Source: Octopus vulgaris
Lineage: Eukaryota
Direction: 5' to 3'
Length of the DNA stretch: 64,000 nt
NCBI GenBank assembly: GCA_951406725.2
Contig: OX597830.1
Span: 20,026,001 to 20,090,000, forward strand
Shown: positions 53,718 to 64,000 of the stretch, piece by piece
How the letters are laid out: every line of letters starts with the position of its first letter
Position numbering within the stretch: the first letter of the stretch is position 1
Notes under the pieces: model-generated
What the model was told of the DNA's origin: nothing
What the model saw: the letters and a program-made list of their open reading frames with translations, nothing else
The model's database searches: none
Position numbers and translations under genes: made by a program

Positions 53718-54075
53718 TCATCATCATTGTTCGACCGTGGTCGAGACAATTGAATTTACCATGTTGCGCCAGACTTCACGGTCCATCATAGCATTACGGA
53801 GGTCCTGTTGCTGGATGCCTGTATCCCTGGAGATTACATCAGGGTAGGAGAGTGTGCGCCCTCTGGTGTTGCGAGTAGATGGCTTCCAGAGGAGAAGAGC
53901 AGAAATTACTTCTTTTTCAGCTCTACAACAGTGTCCAGCAAACTGGACTCTCCTACCTTTCACAAGAGATGACACAGGTGGTAATTTCCCATATATTTGC
54001 ATTTTAGTTGGATGGCGCCTCCACGAGAGATTTTGAGCTCTCATAAGGAGGCGAGTGTAGGTTCCATCCAACCGC
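53718..54075 (-). mobile_element. 5'-truncated RTE-like LINE 3' end
   Basis: Open frame LDGTYTRLLMRAQNLSW...RRVQFAGHCCR...AMMDREVWR...VEQ* followed by a (TGA)n tail. Confidence 0.85.
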
Positions 54076-54140
54076 CATATATATACGAGTGAGTGGGAAA
54101 CGAAAGAAGGGCACTCAACCAATTTATAGGGAGTTACAAG

Positions 54141-54275
54141 TATGGTTCCAATCAGTTTGACTCAAATTCGTTGGTACTCATGAAGGGGGAACTTTGTTAT
54201 CGATTAATAATAATTATAACCACGCTTGAAACTCAAGAGTACCTACGAATTTGAATCAAACTGTTTTGATCCATA
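54141..54275. mobile_element. ~135-bp MITE-like element
   Basis: ~39-bp imperfect terminal inverted repeats with TA ends. Confidence 0.55.
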
Positions 54276-54317
54276 TATGTATATACATACATACATGCAT
54301 ATTTAATAAGTAGTAAA

Positions 54318-54368
<51 letters not shown>

Positions 54369-54639
54369 CTTAGATACATGCTTATATGGGTACAGGACGT
54401 CACCAACGGTGCAAACATGAAATACGTAAACAACGAGAAAAAAGGGAAAACAGGACAAGTAAACACAGAGAAAGGACCCTTCATCAATTGTCGGCTGTCT
54501 ATCTACTCTGTATTTCGAGCATTCAACGACAATATGAGTCTTCAAAGACAGTTGCTCCCACAAATTCTAAAATAAAATTTAGAATTTATAGAGGGTCAAA
54601 GCTGGGTAAAAAACATAACGGTGGAGACATACAAGGACG

Positions 54640-54965
54640 TTCGGTGTTCTTGCACACACCTTCTGATATTGCCATTTTTCACTCAAAACCCTATGAATGG
54701 TGCTTCAGGAAACCCTCAGGAACCAAAATGCGGAGATCATCCAGAGTGACCTGCTGATTATCACGCAGGATTTGTTCAACATTCGCGACTGTCTCGTCGG
54801 AAATCGATGGTCGCCCGCTTCTTTCTTCGTCTTGAATTTCCGTACGACCAGCTTTGGATATCCATGCACGACTCGCCATACACTTCCGTTAATTGGCGAT
54901 GAATTTCAATCGGTTTAATGCTTTGGCGTTCAAAAACCGAATAACTACGCGAACTTGGCGAACAC
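54640..54965 (-). pseudogene. Mariner transposase N-terminal fragment
   Basis: [29 protein letters not shown] and DEERSGRPS across frameshifts. Confidence 0.8.
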
Positions 54966-54984
54966 ACACATATATGTTCATATG

Positions 54985-55033
<49 letters not shown>

Positions 55034-55111
55034 GTGTATATATATATATATATATATGTGTGTATATATATATACGTGTACATATATATATATACTTGTA
55101 TATATATATAC

Positions 55112-55153
<42 letters not shown>

Positions 55154-55323
55154 TTGTATATATATATACGTATATATATATATATATATATATACTTGTA
55201 TATATATAGATATATATTTATATAGGGAGAATTCACAAAAGAAAAAACAAAAGACGAAGACAGGTGGTGTAGATAAAAAAAAAAAACAGAGGTATTAGTA
55301 TAACGCTCGGTAAGTGAAAAAGT

Positions 55324-55359
55324 CTTTAACGTTTCGAGCCGACGCTCTTCCACAGAAAG
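55324..55359 (-). ncRNA. Minimal hammerhead motif, CUGUNGA variant
   Basis: CTTT-CTGTGGA-A-GAGC(GTCG)GCTC-GAAA-CG-TT-AAAG; same family as 22961-22996, embedded in (TA)n. Confidence 0.7.
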
Positions 55360-55413
55360 GAACACAGAAAGAAACACAGAGAGAAAATAAAGAATGTCTA
55401 GTGGCTTGCGATC

Positions 55414-55487
<74 letters not shown>

Positions 55488-55894
55488 TACATATATGAAT
55501 ACGTATTAACGATGCTTACACGTGTATACCTATAAAGCTTACGTATACACGTAGACAGACAGACAGGCAGATACACGCACATATATACACATAAGTCACA
55601 TATTTAAACTCACACACGTCTCACACTGTCACATACTTATATAAACACACGCACACACATCTGGACACACAAACACATGAGCTGTTGCGTTGCGTCTATC
55701 CCAATCTTCTTATACAAAGCCGTGAATATAAACAGATGTTGAAATATGGAACTGTCAGTCTCATCAATAATGTTTTGCAAGTTGAACTATTTTCCAGATA
55801 ATTACGAGACATTAGTCATTCCCACAGACACTAGTTATATACAAATTTATAGCAAAATACTCAGAATATTTTATGTGATATAAAATATTTGTAG

Positions 55895-56310
55895 CTCAGG
55901 CGTGGCTGTGTAGCTAGAAGCTCTTTTCTCCAACCACATGGTTCTGAGTTCAGTCCCACTGCGTGGCACCTTGGGCATATGCCTTCTACTATAGCCTCGG
56001 GCCAACCAAAGCCTGCTGTGTGAGTTTGGTAGACGGAAACTGAAAGAAGCCCGTCGTATATATATGTATGTGCATATTTGTGTGTGTGTGTTTGTCTCAC
56101 CCCACCCGCACCCCGCCATTGCTTGACAACCGATGCTGGTGTGCTTATTTCCCTGTAACTTAGCGGTTCAGTAAAACCGATAAAAGAAGTACCAGGCTTA
56201 CAAAGAATAAGTCTTGGGCTCAACTAGTTCAACTAAAACCCCTTAACGGCGGTGCTCCAGCATGGCCGCGGTCAAATTATTCAAACAAGTAAACAAATAA
56301 AAGAATAAAA
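55895..56310 (+). mobile_element. SINE family B
   Basis: Head, CACCTTGGGCA block, GGTAGACGGAAACTGAAAGAAGCCCGTCG and tail. Confidence 0.85.
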
Positions 56311-56495
56311 TGCATTTATCTTTTTTTTTTCAATCATTGGAACGTGGCCACGCTGGGGCACTGTCTAGAAGAGATTTTGTCGAACAGGGATGTAAACAAA
56401 CCAACTCAGGTTGTGAAGCTTTTTGGGCGGACCAACAGACAAAATCTCACATACACACGCGCGCAAACACATATATGTACACGCCCATAAAAACG

Positions 56496-56538
<43 letters not shown>

Positions 56539-57375
56539 TCACACACATATATATATATATCGTTGCTTTTATGTAAAACTGTCGTATGTCCAAATTTGGC
56601 CGAATGCGTTTTTTTTTTGTCAATATTTAATTTTGCTTGCAAGAGCCGGTTCTTTTGGTCGAACTATCGTATCTCCAGCTGCTTCGGAAGGAAATTGTCG
56701 ATGTGTAGTACTTCGGTTTAGCATTTTTCAAAAGTGCAGTAAGCCCCATATACAACAGTTTTGCAAAAATATTTCTGACTGAAAATATCATACATGCATG
56801 GAGCTACGATTTTAAGCACCCAACAAAGTTAAGCTGAAACTGTTCCTAATGTAAAAAAGAATGGAATGGAATGGTGGAACTATCTTTTCATTTTTTGAAA
56901 AAGCAACGTTCTGGTCTTACGACACTTTTGCATAATAGCAACGATATATGTATACATATAGTGGAGGTACGAGGCCTAGCGGTTAGAGCAGCGGACCAAG
57001 CGATGTGTGTGTTTATGAGCGAAGCACCAAAGCTCCACACGGCTCCGGCAGAAGGTAATGGCGAACTTCTGCTGACTCTTTCACCACAAATTTCTCTCGC
57101 TCTTTTCTCCTGCATCTTGCATCTCACCTGCGACGGACCGACGTCCCGTCCAAGTGGGGAACCTATACGCCAAGCAAACCAGGAAACCAGCCCTTATGAG
57201 CCAGGCGTGGCTCCAGAAGGAACAAACAACAATGTATGTATGTATGTATGTATGTATGTATGTATGTATGTATGTATGTATGTATGTATGTATGTATCTA
57301 TCTATCTATCTATCTATCTATCGATTTATCTATCTATCTATATACATAAAGAATCTTGCAAACCAAATCCCAAAA

Positions 57376-57409
<34 letters not shown>

Positions 57410-57518
57410 GTCGGGATTCTTTCAGTTTCCGTTTACTAAATCCACTCAAGGCTTTGGCTGGCTCGAGATTATAGTAGAAGATACTTGCTCCAAGTACCAC
57501 ACAGCCACACCTGTACCT

Positions 57519-57586
<68 letters not shown>

Positions 57587-57951
57587 TGTGTCTGTGGAAA
57601 GTCATTTTCTTTTAGTGCCTTATAGTTTAACACACTCACCGGTAAAATTTCCACTCATTTATTTACTTTTCTAAAATTTTCCTTGCGTCTTGCAACCTTT
57701 TCCATAGTCGTTGACTCTGTCCGTTATTTAAGCTGCGTTCTTTTTGTTTGTTTGTGCGCATGTGTGTGTAGAATTATAAGGCACTAAAAGAGAATGAGGC
57801 CCCCAGACACAACAGAATATGCTTAAACACACGAACTCACAAAAAGAATCTTGCAAACCAAATCCAAAATCGAAATATACACATATATACATATAATATG
57901 CGCGTGTGTGTATTTATATATATATATATATATATATATTTATTTATATGG

Positions 57952-58330
57952 TGGAGGCGCAATTGCCCACTGGGAGGGGCAGCGGACTCGCGGTCGTAGG
58001 ATCGCGGTTTCGATTCCCAGACCGCGCGTTGTGAGTGTTTATTGAGCGAAAGCATATTAAGTCCCACAAGGCTCCGGCAGGGGATGGTGGTGAAACCTGC
58101 TGTACCCTTTCACCACAACTTTCTCTCATTCGTTCTTCTTGTTTCTGTTGTACCTGTATTTCGAAGGGCCAGCCCTGTCACACGCTGTGTCATGCTGACT
58201 CTCCCTGAGAACTACGATAAGGGTACACGTGTCTGTGGAGTGTTCAGCCACTTTCACGTTAATTTCACGAGCAGGCTATTCCGTCGATCGAATCAATTGG
58301 AACCCTCGACGTCATAACAGACGGAGTGCC
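57952..58330 (+). mobile_element. SINE family C
   Basis: Co-linear with 35101-35475. Confidence 0.8.
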
Positions 58331-58563
58331 ATGTATGTATGTATGTATGCATGTATGTATGTATGTATGTATGTATGTATGTATGTATGTATGTATACCT
58401 GGATATGCATACGTGGTTTGTTTGAATCACGAGCACGTGTCTGCATGTATGTCCGTAATTGACACACACGCATACTTGATTGCAGGTGAGGAATTGTGTA
58501 CGTGTGTTATTGTGTGTGTATATGACTGTGTATTACTCTCCACACTTTCTCTCTCTCACTCTT

Positions 58564-58604
<41 letters not shown>

Positions 58605-58607
58605 TTG

Positions 58608-58695
<88 letters not shown>

Positions 58696-58872
58696 GCAGA
58701 CAGCAATGGGATAGGCGGCAACATGAAGTGCTTTCTTCTTTCTCTACATCCGATTCTACGGATATGTGTATGCACATATAAGCACGTGTAGCGGCGCAAA
58801 AACACACACACACGTGCACACATGCACACACACACACACACACACGTGCACACACGCACAAACACACACACA

Positions 58873-58911
<39 letters not shown>

Positions 58912-59369
58912 GTCTATACACCTTCCACCTACACACCTACACCGCCCCACAACCCGACACAGATACACATATGCACAGAATATTATTACCCTCACCAGCA
59001 GCAACAACAGCAACCACAGCAGCTGCGGCGGCAGCAGCGGTGTCAGCAGCAGCAGCAGTAATAATATTAGTGTTAGTATTAGTAGTAGTAGTAGTAGTGG
59101 TAATAGACCGGTGTTATTCAGAGATAAGATTCAGTAATTAAGTTGCCTTTCAAGATGTCGGCCATATGACTTTTTCTGGATTGTTCCATTGTAATTATGG
59201 AAATCCACTGATTAGGTGGTCGGCTACATTTAGTTACCGTATGTATATAGTAGTAGCAATAGTGGTGGTGGTGGTGGTGGTAGTAGTAGTAGTAGCAGTA
59301 GTAGTAGTGATGGTGGTAGTTGCAATAGTGGTAGGGGTGGTTGTAGTGGTACTGGTGGTGGAGGTGGTG

Positions 59370-59413
<44 letters not shown>

Positions 59414-60148
59414 GGTGGTGGTGGTGGTGGTGGTGGTTGCAATAGTGGTAGGGGTGGTTGTAGTAGTTGTAGTGGTAGTGGTGGTGGAGGTAGTGGAGGT
59501 GGTGGTGGTGGTAGTAGTAGTAGTAGCAGTAGTAGTAGTGATGGTGGTGGTGGTGGTGGTAGTTGCAATAGTGGTAGGGGTGGTTGTAGTGGTAGTGGTG
59601 GTGGAGGTGGTGGTGGTGGTGGTATGCTGGTCGTGATGGTGATAGCAATGGTGGTAAGGGTGGTTGTAGTAGTAATAGTAGTGGTGGTGGTGGTGGTAGT
59701 GGTAGAGGTAGTTGTACTTGTAGCAGTGGTAGTAGTTGTAGCAGCACCAGCAACAGCAGAAGCAGAAGCAGCGAAAGGGTGAATAATATAGTAGGGGTAG
59801 TAGTGGCGTTGTAGTTGTGGTGTTGATGGTGGTTGTGGTTTAGGAGGTGGTTGTGGTGTTGGTGTTGGTTGTGGTCTTGGCTCTGGTGTTGGCTGTGGTT
59901 GTAGTGTTAATGGTGGTTGTGGTGTTCGATGTGTTGGTGGTGGTAGTGGTGGTGGTGATGGTATGGTGATGTTGTTAGTGGTGCTGTTGTTCATGGTTTC
60001 GTGGATGTGTGGTGGTCGTTGAAGTGCTACTAGTGAGTGTGATGGTAGTGTTGGTAGTTGTGGTGGTAGTGGTGGTGGTGGTATGGTAGTGGATGACGAA
60101 ATGGTAGTAACGGTGACTGTCATTGTTGTTGTTGTTGGACGTGGTTAC

Positions 60149-60192
<44 letters not shown>

Positions 60193-60951
60193 TGTGGTGA
60201 TGGTGGTAGTGCGAGTAGTGGTGGTTGTTATAGTGGTTATACTGGTGATGGTATGCAAGGTGATACTAGTGATGAAATGTTAGCAGGAATGATGTGGTGG
60301 TTATGGTGGTAGTGGTAGTGGTGATGCTGATAATGGTGTTGGTGGTGGTTTTGGTAGTGGTGGTGGTGTTGGTTGTAGTAGTCGGTATCGTAGTGGCAAT
60401 GGTAGCGTTGACGGTATTGGCGGTCGAGCAAGCATGGTGATAGTTGAAGCGGTGGTGCTGATAAGGTGCTAGTTGAGGTGTTAGTAGTGGTGGTGGCGAG
60501 TTAGCAGAGTAAAGGTGGTAGTTGATAAGGGGATGCAGTGTCGTTGATGTGGCGGTGCGGTGGTTCTGGTGATGATGGTCATGTTTCGGTTGTATGGTGA
60601 TAATTGCGGTGATGGTATTGGCAATTGTAGTAATGGTTGTAGTAGTGGTGTTGGTGCTGGTAGTGTTTGTTGATGATGATAGTTAAAGTGGTAGTAGTGG
60701 CAGAGATGTTATCATAGGTTAGGGTGGTAGTTGTGATAGTATGGATGGTGGTATTAGTGGCAGTGATGGTGGTGGCGGTGATGATTAGACAATGATAGTT
60801 GTTGTGGTTGCGGTGATAGCAGTAAATGTAATAGTATTTGGAGTGGTGGTGATGGTAATAATAGTGGTGTTTGTAGTAGTAGTGATAGTGTTGGTGTTAG
60901 TAGTGAAAATAGTCAGTCGCCATATTTGCTATGGTAGAGGTGGTTGAAATG

Positions 60952-61011
<60 letters not shown>

Positions 61012-61334
61012 ATGGTAATGGTGGTGGTGGTGGTGATGGTGGTGATGGTGGTGGTGGTGGTGGTGGTAGTGGTGGTTATGGTTATAATTCTTTGTAGTTG
61101 TTATTGTTGTTTTAGTAGTATTTACATCCTCGTAGTGTTTGTCAGAATTGAATTGTCCTCGTTGCATTTTAGCCACAGGTGTAATTTGAGAAAAATCTGA
61201 CTGCTACTTCTAGCAGATCAAACAACCGTAAGAGAAACTCCCTGGTAGTGATACTAACTGGAATGGTGGCAGCCGTGGTTGTGATAGTGAAAATAGTGGT
61301 GATATCTGCTGTCTAGTTTAGGCGTAACAGACAC

Positions 61335-61640
61335 TACACTCCGTCAGCTCTTCTTCGGTTACGGCGACGAGGGTTCCAATTGATCCGATCAAACGAACAG
61401 TCTGCTCGTGAAATTAACATGCAAGTGGCTGAGTACTCCACAGACGCGTGTGCCCTTAATGCAGTTCTCAGGGAGATTCAGCGTGACACAGAGTGTGACA
61501 AGACTGGCCCCTTTGAAATACAGGTACTATTCATTTTTGCCAGCTGAATGAACTCGAGCAACGTGAAATGAAGTGTCTTGCTCAAGCACAGAACCCGCCA
61601 CCGGGAACCGAATACCCTAAACACTTAGACATGCGCCTTC
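61335..61640 (-). mobile_element. SINE with family C tail and family D-like core
   Basis: Reverse complement of GTTAATTTCACGAGCAG...TGATCGGATCAA plus a CTTGAGCAAGACACTTCATTTCACGTTGCTC block. Confidence 0.7.
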
Positions 61641-62330
61641 ATTGCAATAATTATATCAAAACTACAGGTAATTGAATGAAGTATCGGCTAATTCTTGTTA
61701 ATCCTTAGCCCGTCCGCTAGCTTCCCTACTCTCGGCCCTCGATCAACCCTAATCGAGCAAACCTATGCCACATAGCTAATTAATTGAGTAATTCGTACGG
61801 CCTACAGATTCAGTGTTCCAGCTACGCTACCTCCTCCTCGCCAATCAGAATGTGGTACTATCAGTAGCGCTGCTATTACGTCCAACTCCTCTTATGGTGT
61901 GGTCGCTTGTGCGCCTTAATAACCTTCAGAGCTATGTCAGCGAAGTGCAAGCTTCTGATAGGAGCCCCCCTATGCTAGACGGGTCAAATGATAGAGGCCA
62001 GACTAATACAGACTACCTCTTTCCGGGAGAAAATAGGTTTGCATAAGGGACACTGATACCCTTAGTGTCTCAAATGCATGAATTCCCAACCAGCGACGCG
62101 TTAAGTATGGTAACAAAAGTGAAAGTAGCGATGGTATGCTAGCGGGGATGATGCTAGTGGTTGCGGTGGGCGGCGGCGGCAGCGGTGGTGGTGGTAGTGG
62201 TGGTGGTGGTGGTGGTGGTGGTGGTGGTGGTGGTATTGGTGGTTGTGGTATTGGTGGTGGTGGTGGTGGTGGTGGTAACGATAATGTTAGTAATTGTGCA
62301 AGCATAATGGTAGAAGTGTTAGTGAGATGC

Positions 62331-62816
62331 TACGAAGGTGAGCTGAAAAGTTCATAGGCTGACTATGAAGGAGTGATGCTAGAGGTGTGAAATCTTGCAA
62401 GCATTAATTTTAACCGACGAATGGGAGTCTTGTTTCATCAGGACAATGCTCCAGCACACAAGTCCTTAGTTTCAATGGCTGCTCTGCTTAGCTGTAGCCT
62501 TAAACGTGTTGATCAGCCTCTCTGTTCTCCTGATTTGGTCCCATCTCACTATCATTTGTTTCCTAACATGAAAAAAAAAAGAAAAACCACTCGACTGGGA
62601 ACCAGTATTGTAGTGATGATGACGTCATATCTGCTGTTGATGACTTTTTTGACCAACAAGATGAAAGCTTCATCACCAATTGAATTCAAGGCACTGCAAT
62701 ACCAATGGAAGAAATAAGTGGACTGCACGAACTATGTTGAAAAATGAAGCTGATTTGATCACATTCCATGAAAGAGTATCTTGATCAGCCGATGAACTTC
62801 TCAGCTGATTCTCGTA
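62331..62816 (+). mobile_element. Internally deleted mariner retaining the catalytic C-terminus
   Basis: TIRs as at 6221-6657; GVLFHQDNAPAH...SPDLVPSHY. Confidence 0.85.
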
Positions 62817-63399
62817 GTTCCGGTGCTAATGATAGTGAAGAGTTATGATAATGGTAGTTGTGGCGAGTGTAATGGTCTTAATCCAGTTTGTGATTTGGAC
62901 AGAAGGATAAGTGAAATAGTGATTTAACGATTAACATTTTTGGAATCTTTGAAGACGGAAGTAGAAAGGGTAAGGAGTCTATGAAGTTACTTGACTCGTA
63001 CTTTTGCTGAGATTCATAATTGTTATACATAAGTTTGCCTAGCTTACAGATTTGGGGATTTTGACTGCCTTGGTGCGAATAGTTCCACTCGGTTTGGTGA
63101 CTTATGTGCCTCAATGACCCTGAGAGCAAATGCCAGCGGAGCGAAAGCTCCTGGTAGACTGACCAAAGTATAAAGGTCGGACTAATATGGGCCACCTCTT
63201 TCCAGAAGTAAAAACAGGGAGAGGTCAATGGCCTATGAACCACAGGGAGCAAAGAACTTCAGTAAGGAAGTAAAACGAAAGTGAAAGTAGATGTACATAT
63301 TAGAGTAGTAATACTACAATTGATATTACTTATGTTGGATTTAAAAGTTACTTTTCAGTTGTACTGCTGGATTAATTTTGAAAAATCTTGCCTCTCATA

Positions 63400-63702
63400 A
63401 TCCTTTCTACTATAGGCACAAAGCCTGAAATTTAAGGGAAAGGGATAGTCAACGACATCGACCCCAGTAACTCGTATTACTTATTTTATCGATCCCCGAA
63501 AATTAGAGGGGACAGGCATGGACAGACAAGCGAATTAAGTCGATTAGATCAACCCCAGTGCGTAACTGGTACTTATTTAACCGACCCCGAAAGGATGAAA
63601 GGCAAAGTCGACCTCGGCGGAATTTGAACTCAGAACGTAGCGGCAGACGAAATACCGCAAAGCATTTCGCCCGGCGTGCTAACGATTCTGCCAGCTCGCT
63701 GC
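63400..63702 (-). mobile_element. SINE family A copies
   Basis: Family A head and core on the minus strand. Confidence 0.8.
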
Positions 63703-64000
63703 CCTGTATGTTGCATCTCATAATACCGAAACATTTCTCATGGTTCCAGCAGACAAAATGGAAATGGCGTTGCCCTGGAGGATGGCAGGGAGATGTTAGA
63801 ATAGCAATTCCCTCAGATTCTTGGCGTTCTAGATTTATGCTTGTAATTTTGTAAGGTTCTGAGGCTGTTGTGACTTTATATTTTCGTTACAGCATTTTAG
63901 AAATATGTTTGAAACAAGGATCACATTTATGGCTTTCATCGATAGTCCGCATTTTTCGTTTTGTGTTCCCGTCTTCCTTCTGTTGTTTTTGGTGGCCGAC

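Noticed and set aside
54500-54560. Degenerate HHR-like segment in a (TA)n-flanked insert
   Set aside because: Core and helix II are too decayed to support a call.
59118-60431. Extensin- or formin-like proline-rich ORFs
   Set aside because: (GGT)/(AGT) repeats with local re-duplication; open in multiple frames.
62878-63252. Possible hAT dimerisation-domain remnant (FWK...RSF.SAG)
   Set aside because: The similarity is too weak and split across frames; it needs a profile search.

Overview
AT-rich, microsatellite-saturated eukaryotic DNA, most likely from an octopus or other coleoid cephalopod. This is inferred from the recurring tRNA-derived SINE families and the (AT)n/(AAT)n/(CA)n/(CAT)n content, not proven. 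Nearly all ORFs in the track are microsatellite artefacts. One probable host coding exon lies on the minus strand at 815-1005 (MSNKK...SIANIK, with plausible splice sites), and a CpG/GC-rich candidate promoter lies near 11.8-12.6 kb. The rest is a transposon graveyard: Tc1 (DD34E), mariner (DD34D), maT (DD37D), a Helitron with a canonical 3' end, R4/Dong-like, RTE-like and Tx1/L1-like LINE ends, and several SINE families. The most notable signal is at least seven minimal type-I hammerhead-ribozyme (HHR) motifs of the Penelope-like-element (PLE) kind, in several core variants and often in inverted repeats or microsatellites. One family joins a tRNA-like Pol III head, an (AAT)n linker and an HHR-bearing tail, making it a candidate ribozyme-carrying, PLE-mobilised SINE. 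Repeat boundaries were read by eye and are approximate.
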